Both the position numbers and the translations under genes were made by a program. A stretch of 63,123 nt of DNA, counting the filler, from Neolecta irregularis DAH-3 (Eukaryota): assembly GCA_001929475.1 (NCBI GenBank). It is 8 parts of 8 records of this genome, joined end to end, with 100 filler letters (N's around TTAATTAATTAA, not from the genome) between each part and the next. Parts side by side here need not be neighbours in the genome. Positions count along the whole stretch, not along the records: positions 24,303 to 26,418 come from LXFE01002643.1; positions 26,519 to 30,928 come from LXFE01000213.1; positions 31,029 to 55,467 come from LXFE01000214.1; 5 more parts are not named here. One strand, 5' to 3'. Below, piece by piece: positions 25,350 through 38,000 of this stretch. The notes below the pieces were generated by a model. It ran no database searches, was not told the DNA's origin, and worked only from the letters and a program-made list of their open reading frames with translations. Within the stretch, counting starts at the first letter, position 1. Every line of letters begins with the position of its first letter.

Positions 25350-26418
25350 AAAGTGTTTCCAACCACCTGGTTATTGATAAGGCGTCAGTTAACATTCCTT
25401 GACACTAGCTACCCAAGTTGATCAACGGAGTACGGCCAATATCCTTCCGCATATTTTTCAATCACACTCCTTGTAGAGAATTCCTAGGGAAGATAATCTT
25501 GTATATCTCCATGGGAGTATTTTTTGCCTCCATGTGAGTATTTTCCGCGTGAGTATTTTTTGCTTGCTTTTTTCAGTGCATCTAAAACGGAGTTTGCGAT
25601 AAAAGCGACAAAGATAACATCCACAGCCTCGGGTTCTCCGTTCATAGGGAAACTTGCACTACCTTGAAGATATTTCGGAACGTGGTAACTGGGCCTTTTT
25701 CATGTTTGGTATCATCCCTGTCGACACCAAAATCATCGTTTGTAACATACCCTGGAGAAGTATCGTAAAACTGACTTGTTCCCAGAATCTACCTCCGGAT
25801 CTCGACGTTTTGCCAACTTTCCAGTATTAAGAATCGAAAGGGTGTACTAGCGAGTGAGAGTATGAACTGAAGAAAAAGTACCTTGGCAATATGATAAGGT
25901 ACAGATGGCAAGAACTGAAATGTATTTTGGAATGGCGCCTCAATGAATGAATCGTCGTCTGTGAATGGACCTAAGCTGTCACGAAAAAACACGTAATCAA
26001 TAGCCTACCCTTGAAAACGTCAAATCTGAGCTGTCCCGAGTTCATGAGGAATATTCTGGGGTTGCTTCTGCGAGCGTCTTGGAGGATAACGCTTGGAATG
26101 ACGTCTTGGATTATGAGACACGGAAAACTAGCTTTGTCATCATACGGAGCACCTAAAGACTTAGCGCGACCAAATACTATTGGTACGCGAAAGATAATAA
26201 TCCCGAGGAGAGCAGCCAAAAGTGGATGTCAGATCTAGTTCATGCCGTATCTGAGTAACTTGGTTGGAGATTTTTTCTGCCAAGAGGCGTATCAAATGAA
26301 TGCAAATTTGTATGGAAGGCGAACGTAAACCGATTAAAGTCCAGATATCTGAGGGAAATTCGCAGATCGTCTGTTGATTTGTTCAAAGCTGGACGACCAG
26401 TCCCCGAATCCAATGATA
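25350..26418 (-). CDS. Hypothetical multi-exon protein, 5'-truncated by gap; 3' end uncertain
   Basis: Consecutive minus-strand open frames are separated by short GT...AG segments with a branch-like gctaag. No family recognised. Confidence 0.35.
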
Positions 26419-26518
26419 NNNNNNNNNNNNNNNNNNNNNNNNNNNNNNNNNNNNNNNNNNNNTTAATTAATTAANNNNNNNNNNNNNNNNNNNNNNNNNN
26501 NNNNNNNNNNNNNNNNNN
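26419..26518. other. Artificial assembly linker
   Basis: N block with a TTAATTAATTAA core. Confidence 0.97.
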
Positions 26519-26679
26519 GGTGGTGGTGGTGGTGGCGCCGCCACAAGGGGTCGGTGGGCGGTCGGCGGGCATGGGGCGGCAGAGGAAGCCGCGAGGGCGG
26601 GAGGCGCGGGGTTATATGAAAATTTGCGGGTGGTTCGGGACGCCGCAGCCGAAAGTTGACGCCACCATTGCCCAACCAC

Positions 26680-27830
26680 ATGTCCCTCAGCCCAGACGCC
26701 CTCCAGGCCATCTTTGACGCGGCGGCAGCAAATACACCAGCCTCTTTTAATAACACCTCCCCAAAAAAGCACTCCAACCCCCGCAAAAGAAATAAACCGC
26801 AAAACTCATCCCGGCCTCTCTCGCCAAAAATTAGAAAACAATATCCCCATGACCGTGCTAACCGCGCTACCAAGATTCTTGCCCCCTCTGCACAATCGCG
26901 CCGCTTGTCTAGCTCGAATCACCCAAACGGGAATGACGCAGACATCCTCCTCGCAAACAATGTGCCCCCCAAATTGTCCGAGCTGAAATCACTCTCCCAC
27001 GTGGATCGCAAAAATCTGTCCTCTTTGCAGTCGAAAATGAAAAATAAATTGTCCGGCGCTCGGTTTCGCTGGATAAATGAAAAACTGTATACGACTACCG
27101 GCGATCAGGCCTATTCCCTCTTTAAATCAAATCCGGAAATGTTTGACGAGGTGAAAACTCGCGCCTTTGTTCCCTCTGATAGTATCAGTATCACCTAGGT
27201 TTCCGCCACCAAGTCCATTCCTGGCCTACAAACCCCGTCGACGTACTCTTATCTCGCTTGATAGACGTAAAAAGCCTAAATCACCGCAAAGAGCGCTTCC
27301 TCCTTGCCGATTTCGGCTGTGGCGAAGCTAAAATTGCAGACGCTTTTGCAAATGATCCTGCAGTTCGCGTATTGAGCTTTGATCTTGTCTCGTTTAATGA
27401 TCGAGTCATTGCATGCGACATCGCAAACGTGATCCCGAATCCTTCTTCTCACACTAATATCACAGTTACCCCTTCCCGACGATCTCATCGATATTGGAAT
27501 ATTCTGTCTCAGTCTCATGGGTACCAACTTTGTGCAGTTCCTCCGCGAGGCACATCGCGTGATTAGAATCGGGTATTTTTCGCTTATATCGCGTCCTGGC
27601 TGATGTCAAGTGGACAGCTGTGGATAGCAGAGATCCGCTCCAGATTCGAACCGCAAGGAATCGATCCATTTTTAATTCAACTCTCTGCTCTCGGGTTTGA
27701 ATTGATTAAACGAGATGACTCGAATAAAGTATTTGTCTCCTTTGAGTTTAAGAGGACCGGAAAGAAAATATCTATGCAGGACGTTGATTCATCGTCTGTA
27801 CTTAAACCCTGTTTATATAAAAAGAGATAA
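26680..27830 (+). CDS. RRP8: 25S rRNA m1A methyltransferase Rrp8
   Basis: KLSGARFRWINEKLYT, YHLGFRHQVHSWPTNPVD, LADFGCGEAKIA, IFCLSLMGTN, LWIAEIRSRF and terminal LKPCLYKKR. Confidence 0.96.
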
Positions 27831-27946
27831 ATATAATCTTCCGTATGAAGTAGTCTTTGTCCAGATGAAATAGTCTTCCGTATGAATCTTTGTCCGTATG
27901 AATCTTTGTCGCAAATAGTCTTCGCCGTATGCCAAAATATAATATC

Positions 27947-28594
27947 TTATTGCGCTCCGTATGCCTCTCTATAAGCTAGCAATAGCTCCACTTGTTCCTT
28001 GGACATCGCAACCCTCCCGTATTCAATGATATCGCCCAAACTAGCAATACTTTGAATGGGAACTCTAAACTCACTCTTCAATTTCCTAATCGCACTTTGT
28101 TCCCCTTCACTACCACGTTCCTGTCTATCCAAAGCAATAACAATCTCAACCAATTTGCCGCCCGCAGCGTCGATGATTTCAATGGCTTCCTTGATAGCTG
28201 TGCCTGCTGTAATAACATCATCAATAATCAAAACACGTCGACCATTCATGCTTGCTCCAACGATACTCCCGCCTTCCCCGTGATCTTTGGCCTCCTTTCG
28301 GTTATAGCAGTATCCCACGTCCCTGTTCGCAATCGTATACAACTTTTCTGCAACAACTGCAGCCAGAGCAATTCCTTTATATGCCGGACCAAAGATCACA
28401 TCAAACTCGACCCCTGAATCCAAGATCGTTTGGACATAGGATTCTGCCAAGGCAGAGAGAAGTTTTCCGGAATGAAAAAGGCCGCTGTTGAAAAAGTATG
28501 GTGATCGTCGGCCGGATTTAAGGGTAAAAGACCCAAATTTTAGGATTTTACAGGCAATAGAGGTCTCGATAAAGGTTTGTTGATGCGGCTTCAT
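27947..28594 (-). CDS. URA5: Orotate phosphoribosyltransferase, intronless
   Basis: LKFGSFTLKSGRRSPYFFN, FGPAYKGI, NRKEAKDHGEGG and the PRPP motif VLIIDDVITAGTA. Confidence 0.98.
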   Translation of the reverse strand: MKPHQQTFIETSIACKILKFGSFTLKSGRRSPYFFNSGLFHSGKLLSALAESYVQTILDSGVEFDVIFGPAYKGIALAAVVAEKLYTIANRDVGYCYNRKEAKDHGEGGSIVGASMNGRRVLIIDDVITAGTAIKEAIEIIDAAGGKLVEIVIALDRQERGSEGEQSAIRKLKSEFRVPIQSIASLGDIIEYGRVAMSKEQVELLLAYREAYGAQ

Positions 28595-28829
28595 TCGTGA
28601 GTATTTGGATGTAGCGACGTCATCTGCAGGGCGTCGGAGAAAGAACTCGGAAACACTACAACGCAGCTGCTACTGAAGAGTCGAATCTCCATCAGATTAC
28701 TACTAAATCCAGTTTCGATAGTAGACATAGCTTTTATGGTTCAAATTTCCGCCCTCGACGACGGAAAAATCAAATCACCAACAACCCCGAGACAGAAAAA
28801 TCAAATCTCTATCAGACCTGTTCCGAATA

Positions 28830-29315
28830 CCCCACACCGGGGTGAACCCCAATCAACCGCACCCCACTTTATCCACCCCATCCCGGGGGTATGGGGAGGG
28901 GTGGATAGGGTGTGCCGCGGGACTAAAAAGTAAAGAATATTTGGCTCAACAAAGAAATGATAACAGATCCTCGCAACTGCCTTGAGGACCATTGCGATCC
29001 GCGAAACTATGGACACTGTAAAATCAAGGGCACAGGTTTCGAGTAATATTACATCAATTTTGGAAGGGTCTGAAACTATTATATTGAACTTTCTCTCGAT
29101 ATTCAGCAAGCATGCAGTAAAAAATGTGATGACTTTTTACGATCCAACCTACAAAATGCTTTTCATAGACTTGGACCTGCTTATCGCTTACGAAATATTA
29201 CGGCACCCCAGATCAATAAACAATCTTGATCAAACTACAATAACAGCAGAACACTAATCCCTGCACCAGGAAATCCACCCTACCCCACTATATCCACTCC
29301 ACCCAGGGGCTACTA
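28830..29315. repeat. Direct and inverted GC-rich repeat blocks, MITE/DNA-transposon-end-like
   Basis: accccactttatccaccccatcccgggg (28861) resembles accccactatatccactccacccagggg (29282). The reverse complement of 28892-28925 resembles 29255-29287. Confidence 0.45.
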
Positions 29316-29569
29316 AATATTACAGCTAGCTAGCATAACTATCAACATAAATTTCCCATTTAATCTTTTAATGTGTGCGTGTCACCCATAGTGCTCCTTG
29401 CACCACAATATGACAGAGTTGAACTCTTTTCAATGCATTGCCAATTAATTAACAGCTCTCATTTGATTAACGTAGATGAAAGTAACTGGGGAATAAGCGT
29501 TTTACGCGAAACGTGACTGAACGCGATTTTCTTCGACTTGCTCCTCTTCGGCAAATTGAATAATCCATC

Positions 29570-30928
29570 ATGAATCGTCCCAAATTTGTAACACCATTCT
29601 TAAAGGGCCGTCCACCCCCTGCAAAATCATCGGCGGACTCACATGCCGAACCATTAGCTAAAAAACCTCGCTTAGAAGAACCCACAGTGCAATTGAAATC
29701 TTCAAAGGCAAAGAGCGGCTTCCGGAAGCCCTTGTTGGCTCTCGGATCCTTTAATACCCTTCCTACGCAGGAAGAGAGAATTACTCAAGTACCAGATTTT
29801 TTGGCGCGTATTTGATTTCTTAGGGATTCTACAATGTGCTATGGAGGAAGAAAACTAACAAAAAGAACAAAACGTGGGATGGAGATGGTATCCTAGTTAT
29901 TCAAGACGGATATTGTACATTGCAGGACTCAAATGGGAAGGAGTATATCTACATGATTAGTTTGAACTACATTAAACTCCTAGTCTGGGAAAGACGTTGT
30001 TCAAAGCAACGACAGTTAATATCGGAGACCTTTTCGCCGTTAGTGGAAAGGATGTGGAGGCACGAATCCTTACAACCTGTTGCTTATCGTTCAGATCGAT
30101 TCGTTACTGAAAAAGGAGGATTATATGTCTGGGAAGCCATTTCTCAGATCGTCTAGTAATGTCGAAACACCAATACTCCCACAACCCGCTTTTCCCGCAG
30201 CGACAAAATTCAAAAATCCAATCAAGGAATTCACCAAAGTCCAAAAGAACCCCACGACCTTTACTCCACGCCATGACCCGACAGCAGAAAACGCCTTGGT
30301 AATGCCTAGACCAAAGAGCAGCCAAGGGTATGTCAGTCACTGTCCCAAAGATTGAATTATAGGAAGCCAGTTGTTGATGTAGTTGTAGACCCATATTTGT
30401 CACAAAAGTTAAGACCTCACCAACGCGAAGGTGTAAAATTTCTCTACGAATGCATCATGGGCATGAAAGAGTACGATGGACGAGGGGCTGTTCTTGCAGA
30501 TGAAATGGGATTGGGTAAGACTCTCCAGACAATAGCCCTGCTTTGGACGTTATTGAGTATGTGTCCTTACCAAATTTCAATCAATGATTGAGAACAGAAT
30601 CCTTTTCCCAATCAAGGTCCCATTATCAAAAGAGCGCTTATCGTATGTCCTGTAACCCTTATAAACGTAAGCAGTTCATAGTGAGACTGACCTGAATTCT
30701 AGAACTGGAAGCGAGAATTCAGGAAATGGCTAGGGAACGAAAGACTTGGTATCTTTGCTGCAGATTTAAAAGCAAATGTCAATGATTTCAAGATCGGTAG
30801 GATATACCAAGTCATGATCATCGGCTATGAGAAGGTGTGTCGCGAATGTACCTCGCTTACTTATAGCTTCGTCTTGTTCAGGATGACTTGAAGAAAGCCA
30901 ATATCGACATCATCATATGCGACGAAGG
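29570..30928 (+). CDS. RDH54: SNF2-family translocase Rdh54/Rad54B, 3'-truncated by gap
   Basis: N-terminal [58 protein letters not shown] and ICDEG. Confidence 0.93.
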
Positions 30929-31028
30929 NNNNNNNNNNNNNNNNNNNNNNNNNNNNNNNNNNNNNNNNNNNNTTAATTAATTAANNNNNNNNNNNNNNNN
31001 NNNNNNNNNNNNNNNNNNNNNNNNNNNN
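30929..31028. other. Artificial assembly linker
   Basis: N block with a TTAATTAATTAA core, followed by an (AT)n run. Confidence 0.97.
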
Positions 31029-32160
31029 ATATATATATATATATGTTCAAAAGGAATAGTGGAATAGAGGATTACAAAAATATAAAGAATTGCATTATTC
31101 TCATCAACATCCCTCAAATCAGTTTGTCTATTGGATTTCTCTCTCTGCAGAGCAATAAAGAAAATGCCTTCATAAAATATGAAATGGTCGTAATTCTTGT
31201 TTTTTTATTTTTATATTTATGTTGGACATGGATATAGGTGTGTCTAATTTACGGCCTTTCCAGATGCCCTTTAACTTGAAAAAAGTTTGACTTTTGTCTT
31301 TCACCTTTCTCCATAACTAGTCGAATTCACTATATCAGGTTCGTATATTTCACTTCTCCCAATCAATGCATGATGATTGTTCTTTCCCGAATGTCTAGGA
31401 CTTGCGGACCAACTAATAAACTGGAATTCTTCGTTTCTGATCTTTGCATGGATATCATTTATCCTTTATTTCTTTGACCAGAACAAGACTAATTGTATAC
31501 AGGTATGTCAATCTTTTACTTCTCATATATGATGATCAAAACTTCCACATTGTCACAGGCGAATCCTGAGCCACGATAACATGCACTACCAGCTGACTTC
31601 TCTATCGCTTTCCTATACTCTACAGCCAAATACTGACAATCTCAAGGTATGCAGTCGCTTCGACGTCCATTTGGCTTAAGATGGTGTGTTCATTTTCATT
31701 TATCTTTTGCAAACACAGTATTTGATGATAAACCCTTTTCAGTTCTGCTTCTGAACCAAAATCTTCATGAAGTTAACAAAAATACCAAAACAATAACTGA
31801 CACTTGTTCCATTTTTTTATTTACTTTCTCCATTGCGACGGATGCTAATTAGCAGGTACGTTGCAGAAACCTTTTCTTTAAAGGCATCGTAATGATGACA
31901 CCCTCAAGTTGAATCCATTCTACGACCATGTAGATCCCGACGAGTGCTCCATTCCTCTACTCTTTAACCTACCTCCGTCGGTTTTCGTCCGGTAACCGGG
32001 TGGGGGTTCAGGATGGAGTGTTGGGTGAACTGGGTATACTTTGCTTGTCTGATCTATTTTCATTTTTCATATGTTCCGCCGTTGATACAGATTATGCTTA
32101 CAAAGAGTGTTAGGTATTGGTCAGGTATATAAAACCCGTTTCCCTCTTTGAACTTTCAGT

Positions 32161-33277
32161 TTACTTATCCCTGGGTTCTATATCAGGTATGGGACCAACG
32201 GGTGTGATTGAATGTGGATTGATCTGTGTATGACTTTTTGTGTAATGTTTCTACCAAATCAGAACACGGCCTGCTCGTGCATACCTTTATATGTTTGAAA
32301 TTTGTTGTCTCTTTGAATCCAGGTATGTCATAATAGAGATGCTTCATCCACCGGTTAATATTCGGATAACTACCATTATCAGCGATCCGAATAAAGTCGA
32401 GAATTCATACTTATAACGGATCATCCCAATGTTACATTTAAAATGTTGAACGTAAACCGGATCGAATCGGATAATTGTAGGGAACAATCGTATATCCGCC
32501 TCTGTCAGTTGATCACCAAGTAGATATTTTCCGCTTCCAAGGATCTTTTCAATCCTATCGAGACTTTTGAAGAGAAAGAGGACTTCTTTTTCATAAACCT
32601 CTTGCATAGTCGCGAATCCGGCTTTGTATACTCCGTTGTTGACTGTGTCGTAGATCCAATCATTCATCTCATCGATTTGCGAGCGCAGGGCTATTGGGTA
32701 ATAGTCCTTTTCCGTGTATTTTTTAGCTACAAGACAGTCGAATTCCGTATACATCATTCGAATAATCTCGCTAACCCATTAATTAGAGTAGAACCCCAAC
32801 GTACGAGGATTCATTGCTAACGATCGTTTCCGTTCTCTTGTCCCAAAGTGTCGGGACTGTATAACGGCCAACGTAATCCGCGTTGGCTTTGAAATATAAA
32901 TCTTTAAGGTATGTAAATCCATATAGTGAATCTCCCGTAGCGCCGTCTTCTTTTCGGAATTCCCAGCCTATCAAGTCGGAATGTGATCGTAAGCAACGGT
33001 GATTACCGTTTTCCTTGATATGCCAATGAACGATATCGACGCTAATAATATCTTTCAATCCCTTGAGTTCTCTCACGATCAAGGTTCTTGTCGCCCTATA
33101 TATCAGTGCAAAGACACCGACTGAATACCAAGGACACGCGTAAGAAATGTACAAGTGATACCGATTGTGCTCTGCAGGAAACTTGCTTTTCGGATCACTT
33201 GAAATCCAGTCTCGAAACCGCGAGACCTGACGATGAAATGAACCGTCTTTGCTTGCCCAATCAGTTATTTTAGACAT
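32161..33277 (-). CDS. ECM4: Omega/Xi-class glutathione transferase (glutathionyl-hydroquinone reductase, Ecm4-like)
   Basis: DGSFHRQVSRFRDWIS, RYHLYISYACPWATR (after splicing), RYTVPTLWDK, IVSNESS, NNGVYKAGFA, LTEADIRLFPTIIRFDPVY and INPHSITPVGP. Confidence 0.94.
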
Positions 33278-34103
33278 GTTTGAGGAAGATAATAATCGGA
33301 GAACGATAGAGGTTGTGATGATTATATTGTAGAGAATGAGGGGGATTACAAATCCCATCGCGTCAGCCGAATGACGTCATGAATGAATAGCACTACACGA
33401 GAAGAGAATACGAACGACACTAAAGATTGGAGTATGAATATTAAAATTTCTAGTATGTGGTCAGATAGTCCATCTAATATATAATTATATGCATAGAAAC
33501 AGATATTTCTAGACAGAAATGTGTATATTTATAATGTATACAACAGACAAGGGGATGTAGCATACTACATGCTCTCAATTGGCCTCTGCAAAAGGCTAAT
33601 TACTCCACATGATACTCCAAAAACTAGCATGATCCATTTCCTCAGGCACCAACACAAAAGAGACGATGGCGATTCCGTTATTCTCAAATTGCTTTTGACT
33701 TGACATTCCTATTGAAAATGTGACATATGTGCTTTGGGAAGGAAGTCGTCCGGTCCCATCTAACAGGCCCTGGATGTTTGGCGGCCCAGACCAAAAGTCT
33801 GGAAAAAGATGGTTTGTTGGATGTAACAAAGACAAGAGAACAGGGTGAGTCAATGGTAAAAGACTTAGTGCGGCGCTAATCTGTGTTTCCCCAGTCGCAG
33901 TGAAGCAACGAACCATAAACATAGCCTGCGCCTGCATAAAACATCGCTGCCTCGCTCAACTCACCGCCAGAACACAGTTTACGCTTTCTGCAACATCCAC
34001 CATCATCCACCATCATGGTTTTGTGCATGCCAGTGTTTTTAGTCCACCAGCTGCTCCTCCCGGTATAGTCAAGTACCTGGTTCTTCGACCGGAAAAACCT
34101 TCC

Positions 34104-34481
34104 ATGGCCTACCAAAGCACCCATTTTGATACAGTGTCGTCGTTTGTCCAGACTTGCACTTTGCTGCATGGCCTCGTCACCAAGTTTGAGTCATGTCTAC
34201 AAACTCCATGTCTCGACTTGCTGCGTCTTGCTCAAGAGCTGGTCGAGTTGCTGGACTGCTCTGCCGTCTTGGACCGCGATGACGAGATGCTCGCTCTTGC
34301 TCAGGCGGCCCAAGAATGCATGGAAGAAAGCGACGACATTCTTGATCGAATGTCTGAGACGCTGAAGACGAATATAAACACCAATGTTCAAATAGTAGGT
34401 GTTGAGTACTGCGAAATGGCCGAACGTGCTCTGGTCGACTTGATGTATGCTTGCTATCCTCCTGTAAAACTCAAACTCTAG
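34104..34481 (+). CDS. Hypothetical helical protein (~125 aa)
   Basis: Clean ORF from an ATG, with amphipathic-helix-like composition. No family recognised. Confidence 0.4.
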   Translation: MAYQSTHFDTVSSFVQTCTLLHGLVTKFESCLQTPCLDLLRLAQELVELLDCSAVLDRDDEMLALAQAAQECMEESDDILDRMSETLKTNINTNVQIVGVEYCEMAERALVDLMYACYPPVKLKL

Positions 34482-35025
34482 GTGTTTGCATCGTCAAGGC
34501 AGTCTTTTGGCTTACTGGGCCGAACGAGCCATAGTCGAGGTCAATTCTTCCTCAATGCCCATGTATATGCTTCTATTCCACAATCCTCAAAACATCAGGA
34601 AAAGAAGTTTCACATCAGACTCTGGCTGCTCAATGGGAACGGACTACGATGCTTCAGATACCTCAAGCTGTAGACGATCCTTCAGCCTACACGGACCGGC
34701 CTTGAGCCATCAAGAGGCTTCTATAATCTCATCCCCCGGTCTCCCTCTTGGTATTTGTTTCCTTGCGGCTTAAGCCTAACTAGTGCAAGTAATTAAATGG
34801 CGCAAACGGTTTGTCAAAGCGCTGAATTTTGCCAAAACAATGTAAAGTCCGATTGCTGCGTGTTGTTGGTGTCATCTTGTACAATAAAAGTTATGTTTGT
34901 TTACGGTTTGGAATAGTTTTGTACATAGGGAGTACCGTTATTTTTGAATGCGTAGTCATTCGCACGTGACTGGTAGTAAGAACTCGGGATTTTTTACTGT
35001 CCATCAGTCGCATTGGCTTATTTAA

Positions 35026-38000
35026 ATGGAGACGCCGGTCCACATAAATCCTCCTCCACGACACAAACTACAAGTAGCAGTATATTCAAATTCGACTGTT
35101 CCCTTCAGAAGATTTCTGCATCTTACAGATCCATCGAATTCTGTTGATACTTTGACCTCCCAAATCCAGGAACGCTTTCACAAGATATATCCTCTTGCAC
35201 CGTAAGTCTCAGATTAACGAACAAGCATGCTGATATTTAGTCCGCTAGCGATTGATCGGGTTCAAGATGGAAATGATTGTGATTTGGATCCCAGTTATAT
35301 CGTCGACGATGTATTTACCAATGGATCACAAGTTAAAATTTTTGTAAACGGAGAATACGAAGTGTCCATGAATGTATACTCCTGCCTCTGGATGCGTCTC
35401 TAATAATTGATAGAGGTCTCCACAAACTATTGCGACAGCTGCCGGCCCACAATTATTTCAAACCCATGGTTACCGAACATCGCCTTCGGGAGGTCTGGTC
35501 ACCCCTACTGAATCCGAATCTCGCAGGCGACAGAAAAGTTTGTCGTTGGGAGTTTCGCCCGGGACGTTGAAATCTGCTCATCCGCTCTTTCGAAAGAATG
35601 AATCAAACGTAAAGGGGTTGTACGACCAAAAGAAAAAGAAAAAAGGGATCAACGCGGATTCCATTAGGGTTGCATCAGAATCAAGATATGATACCGCTCG
35701 GCCGGTTAATATCTCTACAAAAGATCCGATTCAAACTCGAACGAATAATATTCCAAACAAAGTAGATTCTCAAGCAAAGCAAAGCCAGTCTGTAGAACCT
35801 CAAGCTACGCAACAAGTATTAAATACTCCAATAATAACCAACAAGTCTCAAACTATTTTATCAACAGTCAAAACCAAACCTATCAACGATGCTCCAATCT
35901 CGAAAAAGCGCAAACTGAACAATATGAAAGAAACTCTCGTCGTACTTGAGACTTCGCCTCCCCGCCCCGAATCACATCGATCAATTTTAAACGCCAGCGA
36001 ATCGCATCCTCAGGAATCCAATAATGCTCAACCTCTGGCAGGAACAATTCCAAAATTCAATGCAAGAAAGGTGTCTGGAAAATCTGGACTACCCAATAAG
36101 CCAATTTTTCAAAATCTAGTCAACTCGGGACAAGTCCAAGATATATCATCTACACTCCAAAAATATTCCCTGTTATCGACATCACATAACCCAACTGAAG
36201 ATATCGACCCTCCAGTTTCAAAAAAACGCAAAAAGACTAAAAAAGCGAAGAAAGAATCGCTTACTGTCCGTGAAACGTCTCCAGGAGAAGCCAAACAACA
36301 TAAAACGACGGTTAACTCTCATCCTTCGAGTGTGCCATCAGCTCATGAGGCCGCTAAACTTGCTGCAAAAGAATTATCAGCAGCCAGCGAGGCCGCTCTT
36401 GATGCTTTTAGGGCTTTCGATATGTCCTGTATACCTTCCCAACCAGCCAGGCCTCTCGTTAAACAGATTTCCGCTTCCACTGAGCGGAGAAATGTTTATT
36501 CAAAAGTTTCAGAGATGAAGAAAAGTACCAGGAAAAATTCAAATATTAAAAATAGCTGTACGATCAAAGGAAGTGATCATTTAAAGAATGTTGGGAATGG
36601 AACTGAATTGCGAGCTGTTGAGGAACCGCCAACACGTCATTTCGAGACTTCGCGTAATCCTTTTCTTTCTTCACAGACGGATCAACTTCATGTTCATAAC
36701 AGCGAGACGCAACTTACTGAAGATTCGAGTAGACCTGCTCTCAAGAATAAGAGACCGGCAAAGAGAAAAGCACCAGATCAATGTGAAACCCAAGGGCTTT
36801 CAGCAAATACAGAGACAGGATCGGAATTAAACATGAACCCTGAAAAGGGGAAGCAAGTTGAAAATGAAAATGAACTGATTGTTCCTATGGTGAACCAGTC
36901 GGAATTGATTACTGAGTCTGTGATGGTCGCAACTCTGACAACGGGGAAAAAGCCTAAAAAGAACCGTGCCGCAACCAAAAAGGATGGCAAAGAAGTGTTG
37001 AATGGTCTTGAAGATCCATCACATCATGAATCTCCCTTGCCAGAAATTGAAAAGACAGTAGGTCAAGCCAAGAAACAAAGATCAATGTCATCTTCGAAAG
37101 AGTTCGTTGTGCGTTCAGCAACACGATCATCTCGTTCTTCAAAAAGAAGAGACATTAAAGAAGTTGAAGTTCCACCGACTCCAGAAGCCCATGATGAGGA
37201 AATGGAAGACGCAGTTCCTTTGACTCAAATTGTTCTTCTTTCCCCAACTCAGCCTTCGTTCGATATTGACCAAATGATCGATAGCCAGCCACAAAACGTG
37301 TTTCCGTCTATGAGAATCTTGGAGCAAGATCAAAGGCAATATTCTCCCTCCAGCTCCTCTTTTTCTGACGAACACTGTAACTCTGTTCATATCGTCGAAC
37401 AAAGGGAGGAAGAAGGAAATGTCGAAATGCAGCAAATTTTGAAATCGCCACCTAGAACGAATAACTCCTCAGACAGTCAAGATGAGACGGTTTCTCCTGC
37501 CCCAAGTTCAAGAAACAGTTCGATTAGCGAGGACAACAGTGGAAGCGAGTCTCTCATTGATGATGATAATGACAGTACGGCAAGCGAGGATGAAGACGTC
37601 GAACCACTCGAAACAGATGTTGTGAATGGAATCATCGGTACACAAGAAATTCCCATCGACAAGGACGAAAACTTGCAAGAAGAACAAAATGAACTAAAAT
37701 CATTGTCTGCGGAAGCCGAAATTCTTCAGAGCTCTCAACCACGATCACAGTTCTACAAGTCTCTTTCAGAAATATCAAGAGCATTCACTCCAACGGTTCG
37801 AGACTCGCGAATCCCGTCACAGAAAATCATAAACAGAGAGGAAGAAGCTGAGAGTAGTGAGAATACTTCTTCATCCTCAGATTCAGATGATGAAAGCTCT
37901 AGTCCGAAAAAGAATAAACGGCACCCGTTACTGAGTTTATTCAAGGGAAGTAAGTTGTTTGGATGGCTTCGCAAGGGCTGATTGGATGGTAGAATTTTGA
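35026..38000 (+). CDS. Nucleolar Net1/Tof2/Dnt1-like protein (N-terminal Cdc14-binding domain, long disordered tail)
   Basis: Exons missed by the ORF track encode KLQVAV...RRFLHLTDPSNSVDTLTSQIQERFHKIYP...VQDGNDCDLDPSYIVDDVF, the Net1/Dnt1 N-terminal signature. A K/S/D/E-rich exon follows. A terminal intron at 37950-37992 gives a stop at 38000. Confidence 0.78.

Noticed and set aside
27947-28594. Intronless, PyrE-like URA5 as a recent bacterial transfer
   Set aside because: Fungal Ura5 is normally PyrE-like and often intronless, and its composition matches the neighbouring genes.
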